From: Octopus vulgaris
Taxonomy: Eukaryota
Reading direction: 5' to 3'
DNA: 64,000 bases
Assembly: GCA_951406725.2 (NCBI GenBank)
Contig: OX597835.1
Location: 41,974,001-42,038,000 of the forward strand
Of this stretch, positions 26,697 through 39,591 are shown in pieces (position 1 is the stretch's first letter; every line of letters starts with the position of its first letter). Under the pieces are notes generated by a model that saw only the letters and a list, made by a program, of their open reading frames with translations, ran no database searches and was not told the origin of the DNA. Made by a program: the position numbers and the translations under genes.

Positions 26697-26974
26697 CGGC
26701 GTGCTAACGTTTCTGCCAGCTCAACGCCGCCGTGTGAAACAATAATAATGCCGAATCTGTGTGAGAAGGTTGGATTTTTGGATTAAAGGTTATAGTCCAG
26801 GCAGAGAAGAAGAGGAAGAAGATAAGAAGGGGGGAGAGGAGTGTGAGAAAGGAAGAGAAGACTAATAGAAAGATGAAGAGGACAGGGGAAATGGCGGAGA
26901 AGGGGAGGAGGATATTGGTGAGAAGAGGGTAGTGTGAAGGGGAGAATGATGAGGAGGGAAAGAGAAGATTGAGG

Positions 26975-27118
26975 AAGGAAGGAAGGAGAAGGCAGAGGCA
27001 GAGGAGAAAGGAAGGAAGGAGAAGGCAGAGGCAGAGGAGAAAGGAAGGAAGGAGAAGGCAGAGGCAGAGGAGAAAGGAAGGAAGGAGAAGGCAGAGGCAG
27101 AGGAGAAGGGAAGGAAGA
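26975..27118. repeat. Purine-rich minisatellite, 33-bp unit, about 4 copies
   Basis: GGAAGGAAGGAGAAGGCAGAGGCAGAGGAGAAA repeated. Confidence 0.88.
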
Positions 27119-28114
27119 GGTTGAGAAGACAATGACGAAGAAGAAGAAAAGAATAGACCTAATACTTAATTCATCGACCTCCGGAAACGCTGAGCTGTAA
27201 GGTTGACTTCTGCTGGATTTGATCGCAGAATGCAGATGGACCCAGATGCACTAACGGTTCTACTACCACCACCACAGTCACTATTACAACTTGCACCACC
27301 ACCACCACTATTTCTACCACTACCTCCCCCACCATTACTACAACTAGTACCATTACCGCCAGCAGTACCATCAAGACTACGACTAAAATTATGGCCAACA
27401 CTAACTACATTCACACGGGGTGGGCCAATTTGTACTTTGCTGTGAAGTTGACAAATCGTTCCTCTTTCAACAAAATGTAGTTTTCCAATTGAAAACCCGA
27501 GTTTTGGGAGTTTCTGTCCGTAGCGTCATCTTGTAAGTTCATGTTCTTCAGAACCCTACAAAGCATTTTATATTTGTAAGCAATTTTGATGTTAAATTTA
27601 TTTTGTCGTATAACATTTCTGTATACTTCCTTTCCTAATTCGTCTGATGGTTTCCTTATTTACTTCATCTAATCTTTGTTCTTGTCTGCTTGTTTTACAA
27701 ATGAGATCCTTAAATAACTAGCGATGTTTCTTGTTTTATTAAGTCGTAAAAAGCCGTTAAGTTCTTTTTATTTATTTCCATCCCCATTTCCTTTCTGAAA
27801 AATAATTCTCTCATATTTCCCTTCAAAAGATAAATACACATGTAGAAGCTATTACACTTCTGTTTAAGGATGTATATGCCTTTTGCTGCTGATAGCAAGG
27901 TTTAAAAAATATCTACCGCACGCCATTTTTCACGTCTGACCTATCAAAACAGTAAGAGTGGCTGAGAGAGAGAGAGGGAGGTGAAAGGTAAGTGAGTGAA
28001 TGGAGAGAGGAGGAGGAAAGATAGATAAAAGAAGGGATACTGAGACATATAGAAACATGGATAGATAGATAGATAGATAAAAAGGAGATTGAGACACAGA
28101 AACATGGATAGATA

Positions 28115-28869
28115 GGATCTTTTCCTTTTGAACGGCACTTTGTAACATAATTTCTAGGTAACTAAACACTTTTAAACTTCGTATACTGGTAGAATGTGTT
28201 TATAAAACTTTTTTCTCTTGGCTTTATTGAGAAAATTCTATAGGTGGTAAGATATTTCGTCTTTAATTTCGAGCATTTCGGCAATTTTAACCAATCACTG
28301 GCGTCCATTTAGGTAAATAACATTCTGTGCATAATGAATATATTCCCTCCTTTAAGAAACAGATTGGGTTTATTTACATTTGTGAAGAAAAAAAGATACC
28401 CTTCCCCAACCCCTAACCCTAACCCTAAATCTAAAATAGATTGAAATGCAATAGATCTATACTAGGGCCATAATTATGGGTGACATTTTCATTTGAGACC
28501 GCTAGAAAAAAAATCCCATTTTCCGTAGCGGTGTCGTATGAAATTGTCACCCATAATTATAACCCTAGTATCGATCTATTGCATTTCAATCTATTTTAGA
28601 GTTAGGGTTAGGGGTTGGGGAAGGGGATCTTTTTTTTCTTCAGAAATGTAAATAAACCCAATCTGTTTCTTAAAGGAGGGACATATTCATTATGCACAGA
28701 ACGTTGTTTACCTAAATGGAGGTAATCGATGGGTTAAAATTGCCGAAATGCTCGAAATTAAAGACGAAATATGTTACAAACTATAGAATTTTCTCAATTA
28801 TACGAAGTTTAAAAGTGTTTAGTTACCTAGAAATTATGTTACGAAGTGCCGTTCAAAAGGAAAAGATCC
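28115..28869. mobile_element. Merlin-type MITE, foldback (palindromic) form
   Basis: Ends GGATCTTTTCCTTTTGAACGGCA and TGCCGTTCAAAAGGAAAAGATCC; inverted arms centred near 28512; 8-bp TSD GATAGATA. Confidence 0.85.
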
Positions 28870-29307
28870 GATAGATAGATAAAAAGAGGGGAGATTGAGA
28901 TATACAGAAAGATGGATAGATATAGACAGAAAGGGAAAGATCGCGAGAGAGAGACAGATAAACAGAGTGGGGTGAAAGAGGGAGAGGAGAAAATGAAGGT
29001 AACTAAAAGAGAAATGGTGAAGGAGATATATAGACAGAGGGAGAGAGTGAGAGTGATGCTGATGATGTTATGCTGGGCTAAAATAATATGGCGAAATCTT
29101 TGCTGCTGTGTACGATGTTTCTTGGCTCCTGCTCGTGATGTGTTGTTTTCGTTTTTTGACGTTAACGCAGTAAATTATCTTCAAGATAGAGGTAACCCAA
29201 TCGTCATTTCACCTGACTCACAACAGTCTTTACATCTGCAGACAATTGGAAGACATTTTTTCGCTTTGTTTTTGTTTATTTTTATTTGTTTTGTTATTTT
29301 TTTATTT

Positions 29308-29442
29308 TTATTTATTTTTTTTTTCCCCACTTTGCATTTTTAAACTCGAACGAATTTTACGTTTGGGAAACTTGGAGCTGGTTTTCCAACCCAAAATATC
29401 TTCAATTGGAGATGACTGTTGTGAAATTTCATGGTCCCGAAA
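29308..29442 (-). CDS. Weak candidate terminal exon (FRDHEISQQSSPIEDILGWK...)
   Basis: Long polypyrimidine tract plus AAAG on the minus strand, open to TAA; no homology recognised. Confidence 0.15.
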   Translation of the reverse strand, partial: FRDHEISQQSSPIEDILGWKTSSKFPKRKIRSSLKMQSGEKKNK

Positions 29443-30183
29443 CTTTAAAGGAAGGGTGAAAAAAAAAATGAAATAAAATTTTAAAAAAAAACAAAACAAA
29501 AAAACAACCAAGCTCGAAAATGTGGAAGATGTACAAAAAAGAAAAAAAAAAATGTATATTTCAAAAGACTATTGACAGCTTGATTTGTTTACTTAACGTC
29601 TGGTGTTTTCAAGATAAGATGTTCAACAGAAAAGAAGAAAAAAAAAGAGGCTCTTTGCAGTTTATTTTGTTAAGTTTTTTCTTCATCATCTTTGTTGTTT
29701 GCAAACTTATTTCTCTAAAACCGTGAATACCTTTTGTTTTTCTGAAGAGTGTCATTTCAGTTCGTTGCCTTCTTTAGAGATACCGGGCCATGTGTTGTGT
29801 CCTTCAATAATGTACTTCATTTCGCGTTGCTCCACTTATTTATTTATTTATGTATTTATTTATAAATTTATTTGGCTGAATCGTTGGCACGCCGGGCAAA
29901 ATGCTTAGCGGCTTTTCGTCAATCCTGACGTTCCGAGTTCAAATTTCAGTGAGGTTGACTTTGCCTTTCATCTTTTTGGAAGTACCTATTTCTTTACTAC
30001 CCACAAGGGGCTAAACACAGAGGGGACAAACAAGGACAGACAAACGGATTAAGTCGATTATAACGACCCCAGTGCGTAACTGGTACTTATTTAATCGACC
30101 CCGAAAGGATGAAAGGCAAAGTCGACCTCGGCGGAATTTGAACTCAGTACCATATGAATACTGGAGTCGATATAAGTGACTTA

Positions 30184-30600
30184 GGATCTTTTCGGTTTGA
30201 ACGGCAGTTTTTTCTAGCGGTGTCATATGAAATTGTCACCCATAATTATGACCCTAGTATCGATCTATTGCATTTCAATCTGTTTTAGGGTTAGGGGTGG
30301 GGGGAAGGGTATCTTTTTTTCTTCACAAATGTAAATAAACCCAATTTGTTTCTTAAACGAGGAACATATTCATACGGCACAGAATGTTTTTTTTTTACCT
30401 CAATAGACGTCAGTGATTGGTTGAAATTGCAGAAATTGAAGAAAAAAGAAGCAACAAATATCTTACAAACTATAGAATTTTCTCAATAAAGCCAAGAGAA
30501 AAAGATGTTTTATAAACACATTCTACCAGTATACGAAGTTTAAAATTTTTTAGTTACCTAGAAATTATGTTAAAAACTGCCGTTCAAACCGAAAAGATCC
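30184..30600 (+). mobile_element. Merlin-type MITE, 417-bp monomer
   Basis: Perfect TIR GGATCTTTTCGGTTTGAACGGCAGTTTTT; internal TTAGGG-like tract. Confidence 0.88.
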
Positions 30601-31152
30601 GAATATTGGAGTCGATATAAGTGACTTACACTACCCTAAATTGTAGGCTTTGTGCCTATAGTAGAAGTAGTAGAAATTATTATTATTATTATTATTATTA
30701 TTTAAATTTGAAACCATTATTGTCATTTAAATTTGAAACCATTATCAAATCAGATAAGTTCAAGAAATGAGAAACTAATGTTTCAGATCAGTCCCCAAAA
30801 CTTTTTCCTGCTCGTTCGTTTTGGAGATGAAGATTTTCCAGGAAAATCTCCGAAAAAAATATTTTATTACAACAGAAACCAATTTAGTCGTAATGTACAC
30901 CACCTGAAAGTAATTTCTATCTTATTTTGTAGCTTTCACTTATTTCAGTCATTAGACTGCGGCCATGCTGGGGCACCGCCATGAAGAATTTTTAGTCGAA
31001 TGAATCGATCCCAAAATATTTGTTTTGTTTAAGCCTGGTACTTACTCTTTCGGTGTCGTTTGCCGGACTACTAAGTTAAGGGGACGTAAACATGCCAACA
31101 CCGGTTGTCAAGCTGTAGTGGAAGACAAATACAGATGCGAAGAAGGCACACA

Positions 31153-31936
31153 GGATCTTTTCATTTTGAACGGCAGTTTGTAACATAATTTCTAGGTAAC
31201 TAAAAAATTTTAAACTTCGTATATTGGTAGAATGTGTTTATAAAACATCTCTTTCTCTTGGCTTTATTGAGAAAATTCTATAGGTTGTAACATATTTCGT
31301 CTTTAATTTCTTGCATTTCGGCAATTTTAACCAATCACTGGCGTCTATTTAGGTAAATAACATTCTGTGCATAATGAATATGTCCCTCGTTTAAGAAACA
31401 GATTGGGTTTATTTACATTTCTGAAGAAAAAAAAGATACCCTTCCCCCACCCCTAACCCTAACTCTAAACCTAAATCTAAAATAGATTGAAATGCAATAG
31501 ATCGATACTAAGGTTATAATTATGGGTGACAATTTCATACGACACCGCTAAGTTTTTTATAGCGGTGTCGTATGAAATTGTCACCCATAATTATGACCCT
31601 AGTATCGATCTATTGCATTTCAATCTCTTTTAGGGTTAGGGGTGGGGGAAGGGGATCTTTTTCTTCACAAATGTAAATAAACCCAATCTGTTTCTTAAAC
31701 GAGGGACATATTCATTATGCACAGAATGTTATTTACGTCAATGGAGGTAATTGATTGGTTAAAATTGCCGAAATGCAAGAAATTAAACAACAAATATCTT
31801 ACAACCTATAGAATTTTCTCAATAAAGCCAAGAGAAAAAGATGTTTTATAAACACATTCTACCAGTATACGAAGTTTAAAATTTTTTAGTTACCTAGAAA
31901 TTATGTTACAAACTGCCGTTCAAAAGGAAAAGAACC
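31153..31936. mobile_element. Merlin-type MITE, foldback form, inserted in a SINE B (about 30930-32087, minus)
   Basis: Inverted arms of about 390 bp centred near 31555; TSD GGCACACA/AGCACACA. Confidence 0.87.
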
Positions 31937-32699
31937 AGCACACACACACACACAGATAGAAGACACAATATATATATATATAAAGCTGTAGCAGAAGACA
32001 CTTGGCCAAGATGCCACTCAGTGGGACTGAACCAGGAACCATGCGGCTGAGAAGCAAGCTTCTTACCACACAGCCACAACTGCATCTATATTGTACATAA
32101 TTTCATTAAAAAATAGCCATTTTTAAGAAAGTTATGAGGAAACACTTCTGTATTTATCTAACGTGTCTTTCATTTCTGAGATAGTAGGGTATGATTTTAA
32201 GAAAATGAAATTGCTGTTTCTAAGAAGCTAAGTAACCTGATAAAACCGTGAAAGGCAACTACTTTACAACGAAGAATAAATTATAAATACATGACAGCCA
32301 GAAGAGGGCGCCTATGTGCCGTGAAAAAACTATTAACCTTTCATTTGACAAATCCATAAATATGTAACTGATATTAAATTACTGTTTGGGTTTTAAGGAT
32401 TAAGCTGTATTTTTTTTAAATTTCGAAGTAGGTTTTTAAAAACTTAATCAGTAAGTGGGGCTAAGGGTTTTAATTTGTCAAATCACTTGTTCACTGGTGT
32501 GTTTTATTAAAAAATTTCACTTGCACATTCTTACTAATCACCATGCATCTCTTTTCCCCCCTCTCTCTCTCACACACACACACACATGCAGATATAAATA
32601 TATAACATATACACATATATAATGCATGTATATATAAAACATATATACAAACGCACACAATATATAAGGTGTATGTGTACACACACACACACATACACA

Positions 32700-33484
32700 C
32701 AGGGTGTGATGGGTAAATTATCGCCATTTTATATTTTTAATTTCGTGCATGCGCATTGTTGTTTGTTTTTGATTTTGTCGACTACGCAATATCGTAGGGT
32801 CAGTTGGGCACCGTCTGTAAGAAAAACAGCACTATAGCGCAATTTGCTCTACCAGAAATTTGTAAACAACATACTGTACTGCTTGGCATTCGCACCGGAA
32901 GCTCCAATACGAACATTTCAGAGTGTTTGGGTGTCGATGTTCGGGAGGGCAGTGTAATCTGAGGACATGTGCCGAGAGTGATAAAAATCAAACATCCAGT
33001 CAACATCTTGGTGTTTGGAGTGATTACTAGTGATGACGACGTTATGCCTCCATTAATCTTCCCACACGGCCTAAGACTCAACACCGAGGCCTACATCAAG
33101 GAGGTAGTGCTGCTCTGGGTCAAGAGGGTGGCTACTGGTAGATCCGAAGTCTGGCAACAGGACTCTGCACCATGCCACACAAGCAGGAGAACTCATTCAT
33201 GTCTGTCAGACGATTTCTGCGACTACATCACCTCTAACATCTGGTCACCTAACTCCCTACACTGCGACCCCTTTGGTTATTATGTGTGGGGCGCAGTTGA
33301 GCGAGAGACCAACAAAACTCTTTGTAACACCAAAAATGAACTGAAGGCAAGGATTATGGCAGCATTCACCAACTTAAACAAGGAGACCACCATGTAATTT
33401 TGGTAAATATATCTATTAAAATGAGATATCAGTGTTATTTTCATTTCTGCGTAATTTAGACGACAATTTATTTACCGCATCCTG
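32700..33484 (+). mobile_element. DD37D (maT/Bmmar1-like) transposon, internally deleted
   Basis: Degenerate TIRs CAGGGTGTGATGGGTAAATTATCG versus (reverse complement) CAGGATGCGGTAAATAAATTGTCG; ORF 32969-33397 WQQDSAPCH..WSPNS..PFGYYVWG with the third Asp position (now Gly) at spacing 37. Confidence 0.78.
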
Positions 33485-34184
33485 TATATAATACGTGTGT
33501 GTGTGTGTATTATTTATATTATTTGATTGAACGCCACGCATTCGTTTCCAAGGAAGTCAATTTTAATCTTTTTGATCCGACTCCATACTGTTTTTCTCCC
33601 CCATCGTTTTCTCTCTCATCCTTTCCCTTTTTCTCCCCTTCACCGTTTTCTATCTGTCTCTTTCTCCTGTTTTCTCTCTCTCTCTTTCTCCTGTTCTCTC
33701 TCTCGTTGCTCACACATGACCATCGTCCATCTTTCTTTTCGTAATGTGATCATCTTTCTTTTCTTTGAGGGCTGTCCTAAGAACTGGACGTATCCTATCT
33801 CTCTCTTATATCTTTTCTCTTCTCAAAGAAAATATTTCTCCAGTGTTCATTATTTTACCCTCGTTCTGGTCTAGCGAATTTCCATGTTTGTTTTCGTTCG
33901 GTTTCCTTGTATGCCACCACTGTCCTGTTTTTGTCCCAACTTTGACCCTCCATAAATCCCAAATTTTATTTTGATACTTATGGGAGCAACTGTCTTCGAA
34001 GACTCATATTGTCGGTCAATGCTCGAAATGAGGAGTAGATAGACAGCCGACAACAGATAAAGGGTCGTTCTTTATGTTACTTGTCCTGTTTACCATTTGT
34101 TTCTCTCGTTGTTTGCATATTGAACTCATTTGTTTTCGTATTTCATGTTGTTTACTGTTGGTGACGTCCTGTACCCATATATGC

Positions 34185-34225
<41 letters not shown>

Positions 34226-34873
34226 TATGCATATATATTATTTATATTATATATATTATATAAGGTTTGCATATACCCACACACGTATATGATGTATATA
34301 TATATATATAAAATTAACAGAATGAGATAAAAATCCAAGGCTGTGAAAGATTTCAGAACATTTATAAAGAGGTCTTACAGCTGTTTCCGGAATATTTCAT
34401 ACAAAAAGACTCAGATATTCATAACAGAAAATCAGAATAGTCAAAGTTGTACTCGTCAGTAGCTGGGATAAAAACTAAAAAAGGTGTTAGAAGCACATAG
34501 ATTTTCTCTTTGTAATCATATTGTAATAATGTGTTCGTTCTTGGAGTCATGCCTATTTTAAAGATGACTAAAATATATATATATATATTGGGTGTATATA
34601 ATGTTTAAAAAACTGACATTCTCTCTACGGTTTTCAATGTGTGTCTATTTAAAACTTCGTAGATGAATTATATCAACTGGTCATGCTGTGTATGTGTTTA
34701 CGATGAGGAACCCAAATAAGGAAGTGAAAGAATTTTCAAATACAAAAACCCAGTTTTTACTTAACCGTCAATTATCATTTCGAAATTATTAGAAAAACGT
34801 TTAATTGTAATCAATAATAATTTCAGGTTTATAAAATTAGTAATTCGAGTATTTATTGTAAATAATAGGTCTA

Positions 34874-36155
34874 CGGGGGGGGGGGGCGTTCAATAAGTAA
34901 TGCCCCTGACCCACTTCCCATAGCAGTAGAGCAACGAAACTTGGCACAGGTATTAGTCTTTTTCTACATAGGAACCACCAAGAGTTACGCATTTCTCCCC
35001 TCGTTTGATGCAGCTCTGGAGACCGTTTTTGTAGAAGACCCCAGCTTGGTCCTCCAACCACGACGTGACTTTAGAAATCAAGGTTGCACCATCTGGGAAA
35101 CGCTTTCCTTTCAAAAACAACTTCATGGCTGGGAAGAGGTGAAAATCAGAAGGTGCAAAGTCAAGAGAGTAGGGGGGGAGTTCATAGCCGCACGCCTGTG
35201 CTTCTGATCCGGCGACACGCGAGTTCTGGACCGGAGCGTTGTCCTGCAGGAGGAGGATGCCTTTGCTGATCTTGCCCCGCCTCTTGATTTTGATAGCTTC
35301 TCTTAATTTCCTCAAAAGTGAAGTATAATAGGCTCCTGTAATTGTGGTACCATTTGCCAGGAAATCTGTCATCACTACTCCGTCCTGGTCCCAGAAGACT
35401 GTGAGCATGACCTTGCCAGCGGAGGGCTGTACCCTTGCCTTCTTTGGAGGAGGGGAGTCACGGTGCTTCCACTGCATTGACTGGACTTTGGTCTCTGGAT
35501 CATAGTGATGGACCCAGGTTTCATCCTGTCTAATCAGTATTTTGAAAAATTTTGACTCATCTTCTTGGCACATCTCCAAATTCATCCTCGAGCACTCGAC
35601 GCGTTCTTGCTTCTGGAAAAGTGTGAGCAACCTGGGAATCCATCTGGCAGGCACCTTTTGCATATGCAAATGGTCATGAATGATAGTTTCCACAGATCCG
35701 GTACTAATCTTGACCTGATGGGCTATTTGGCGAAGAGTTATGCGTCGATCTTTCAAAATGGCAGCCTCAACTTGACGGACAGATACCTCATCAATGACAG
35801 AAAGGGGGCGACCAGATCTGGGAGCTGTTTCCACAGAGTTCCGACCATGTTTGAATTCACGATACCAGCCAGCGTTTTACAAGGTCATATGATGGGGCAT
35901 CATCACCATAAGTTACTTTCATTTCATCAAAATTCTCCCGTGGTGTGCGTCCTTTCAAATACAAAACCCGGATCGCTGTTCGACACTCAACAGGCTCCAT
36001 TTCACACATGACTCAGTTCAAACACCTGTAAATCAGAAACCACAATTAGTTCAGAGCTGTAATTTGCCACTTAATCTATAGAGATATAAATAATTGCACA
36101 GCTAGATCAAACAATTGTAAGTGGGTCAAGGGCATTACTTATTGAACGCCCCTCG
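34874..36155 (-). mobile_element. Full-length mariner (irritans/Hsmar2-like), about 1.28 kb
   Basis: TIR CGAGGGGCGTTCAATAAGTAATGCCC(C/T)TGACCCACTT at both ends, one with a G-run expansion; TA TSD. Confidence 0.92.
34953..36009 (-). pseudogene. Mariner transposase, frameshifted
   Basis: HTH region, WIPRLL, QDETW, QDNAP and YSLDFAPSDF motifs; 4-bp CTGG duplication at about 35865-35872; second-to-third Asp spacing is 31 (3-aa deletion). Confidence 0.9.
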
Positions 36156-36523
36156 TAATATTCATAGACAAAAATGAGTCATATATCGTAATTAATTAAC
36201 TCGTCACAGTATTGGAACTTAATCAGCAATAATATATTCAATTTTTTTCGATATTAACTATTAAAAAACCTGTCTTATTTATATCGCTCTATAGACGTCA
36301 GATCAGTGGACACAACAGGGTCAAACTAGCCAAAGATGGCTGTAATCGCAAACGAGATCATTCTTATCGTGTCTCTCAAACAGTGAGGATATCAGATACG
36401 CTACAGACGATTATTTAAGTTTTGAAAACGTAAGCAAAATCCCCTTTGCTTCGAACTTTTTAATACCTTATTAATCGTACAGTATCTATTCATAAAGTTT
36501 CTTAAAAACATTCAATAGTACTT

Positions 36524-36986
36524 CGTTTTTGGATTTGGTTTGCAAAATTCTTTATATGAGTTCATGTATTGAAGCATATTCTATTGTGTCTGGGGAGAGT
36601 CATTTTCTGTTTGTGCCTTATTATGTAACACACTCACCGGTAAAATTTCCACGTTTTTCTTATTTTTATTGCAACCTTTTCAATAGTTTTGACTCTCAAA
36701 ACTATTGAAAAGGTTGCAAGATACAACGAAAATTTTAGGACAATAAAAATAAGAAATAAGTGGAGATTTTACCGGTGATTGTGTTAAAGGCACCTCCGAA
36801 AGTGGTGGGGGCTCCACATCAAAACGGTAAAGGAGTAGGGGCCGAAACCGGACGTGGTTCCTCCTGATGATGTCTTGAGCTAACTGGATCCTAACTGGAG
36901 CTGTTGTGGTAGCAGACCACGAAACACGGTTGTAATTCCATAATAAGGCACAGAAAGAAAATTACTCTCTCCAGACACAATAGAAT
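36524..36986. mobile_element. Family D inverted-repeat element with a GC-rich insert of about 150 bp
   Basis: Centre TTGCAACCTTTTCAATAGTTTTGA-CTC-TCAAAACTATTGAAAAGGTTGCAA; outer arms complementary; insert at about 36787-36938. Confidence 0.65.
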
Positions 36987-37338
36987 TCACTAGTACAGTG
37001 TGAAGAAGCAACGTTAGAAATCTTTGGAAATTATTCCAATTAAAGGACGAACTCACATTAAATTCATTAAAAATATATATTTGAAAGTATATATCATATA
37101 AAGTATTTATTTATTTGCTGTGTTTTTTTTAGTGCAGGAGGAAGTATGAGGGGATGGGGTTGGTATTTGATATTTTGAAAAACCAATGAATTTGCAGGAT
37201 ACAGAACGGAGAATTTTTATTGGACAGTTTTGTGAATGGATGGTTTTAGCCTGAATATGTAATTAGCTAATTAGATTTGTTGCCATTGTTTATCAGATTG
37301 CATACATGGCCTCAATCATTGGACTGAAACGAATAAAA

Positions 37339-37394
<56 letters not shown>

Positions 37395-38074
37395 ACGTAT
37401 GTATGTATGTATGTATGCATGTATGCATGCATGCATGTATGCATGTATGTATGCATGTATGCGTACATGCATGTATGTATGTATGTATGTATGTATGTAT
37501 GCATGTATGTATGCATGTATGTCTATGCATGTATGTATGTATTTGAATGTCTTTGTGTTTGTCCCCACCATCGCTCGCTTCACAACCGATGCTGGTGCGT
37601 TGACGTCCTCTTAACTTATCGCTTCGGCCAAAGAGGCCGATAGAATAAGTACTAGGCTTACAAAGAATAAGTCCTCGGGTCGATTTCTCCGACTGAAAAA
37701 CCCCTTTAAGTTGGTGCTCCAGCATGGCCGCAGTCAAATGCCTGAAACAAGTAAACGAATAAAAGAATAAAATAGTGAAATTGGTTACACCCGCCCCTTT
37801 TTATTAATAGTTATTGGTTTAGACACAAAAGACCGGGAATCTTGAGGCGGAGTGTGGAGTGATCGATATTATCGATCTTAGTCTTTGACTTTTATCTTTT
37901 ATCATTTATCTTTTGCTTGTTTCAGTCATTAGTCTAAGGTCATGCTGGAGCACATCCTTAAAGAATTCTTTCTTTTTTTAGTCGAATGAATCGAGCCTAA
38001 GATTATTTTTTCCTTCCCCCCTCTTGCCAGCTTACCGCCTCTCCCCTCCCACCCATCTTATCATCATCATCATT

Positions 38075-38880
38075 GGCAAGCTTGGCAGAATCGTTAGCAC
38101 GTCGGGCGAAATGCTGAGCCGTATTTCGTCTGCCGCTACGTTCTGAGTTCAAATTCCGCCGAGGTCGACTTTGCCTTTCATCCTTTCGGAGTCGATTAAA
38201 TAAGTACCAGTTACGCACTGGGGTCGATATAATCGACTTAATCCGTTTGCCTGTCCTTGTTTGTCCCTTCTGTGTTTAGCCCCTTATGGGAGGTAAAGAA
38301 ATAGGCATTTCGTCTGCTGCTACGTTCTGAGTTCAAATTCCGCCAAGGTCGAGTTTGCTTTTTATCCTTTCGAGGTCGATAAATTAAGTACCAGTTGAGT
38401 ACTGGGGGCGATCTAATTGACTTTCCCTTTCCCCCAAAATTTCAGGCCTTGTGCCTATAGTACAAAGGATTATTATTATTGGCAAGACAAAGGTGGTGCG
38501 CTGGCAGAATCGTTAGCACACTGGGCAAAAATGCTTGGCGACATCACGTTCTGAGAGTTCAAATTCCGCTGAGGTCGACTTTGCCTCTCATCCTTTCAGG
38601 ATCGATTAAATAAGTACCAGTTACGCACTGAGGTCGATGTAATCGACTATCCTCCACTCCAAAATTTCAAGCCTTGTGTCTATAGTAGAAAGGATTATTA
38701 TTGTTGTTGTTATTATTATTTTTGTTGTTGTTGTTGTTATTGACAAGACAAAGGCGGCAAACTGGCAGAATCGTTAGCAAACCAGGCAAAATGCGTAGCG
38801 GCATTCGTCCGTCTTTACGTTCTGAGTTCAAATTTTGCCGAGGTCGACTTTACCTTCCATCCTTTCGGGGTCGATAAAAG
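38075..38880 (+). mobile_element. Head-to-tail array of four SINE A units
   Basis: Units at about 38075, 38303 (headless), 38492 and 38753; flank ATTG(G/A)CAAGACAAAGG duplicated. Confidence 0.85.
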
Positions 38881-39221
38881 GCAACCATCACTACAACTAC
38901 TAATACATTACGCCGTCATACGACAAATGGTGAGAATAGCTTATAGCCATAGCCGAGTGTTTCTTGTCTGCTTACACCAATGCGTGGGACGCCGACTACA
39001 CCTACGCTTGGAGAGAGATTGCCGTTGTTACATAAACGCTGAAGAGTTTGAATGGGTTAATGGATTCTATATAACTGGAATTTTCTTTTCTTCTGTTCTT
39101 TTCTTCTGAAGATGGGACTTTGAGCCCGAAATGTAAAAGTTTTATTTAACTTTCCGCATTGTCAGAATCTGTCTTCATTCTTCGATATTATAATACTTCA
39201 AGCAAACTACAACGCTCTTTA

Positions 39222-39591
39222 TCTCTCTCTATATAAACGGCAAAATGTCTGTCTGTATGTGTGTGTCCTTTATACAAATCCACAATTTTTCAGTTAGAAG
39301 GATCGCACTTTCTATGGTCATTCAAAACCGCCCAAGGGTGGTCGTGCACATCTTTACATTTCCCCAGTCACCCCGCAAAGCCATTAGAAAATCAATAGAA
39401 GTGACTTTTTTGTGAATTTTCTATCCAAAACCCAACCAAAATGCCCGAAACTTGATACGCCAATTGAATGCCAGCTAGCTGTATGTGACTGGTCGGAGAT
39501 TTGGACAGTACATGCGCGTATGTGCACACACACGCAGCTGTATATGCATGCACTAGCACTATGACCCGGTGTTGCCGGGTCATTGTGCTAG
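39222..39591 (+). mobile_element. Non-autonomous Helitron
   Basis: A|TC start, CTAG|T end, terminal hairpin ACTAGCACTATGACCCGG..CCGGGTCATTGTGCTAGT, no TSD. Confidence 0.82.

Noticed and set aside
27413-27900. Tc1-like transposase relic on the minus strand
   Set aside because: Only faint similarity and one possible TIR; too degenerate to call.
28410-28430. Telomere or interstitial telomeric repeat (CCCTAA)n
   Set aside because: Only 2-3 units, and they are a constant internal part of the MITE.
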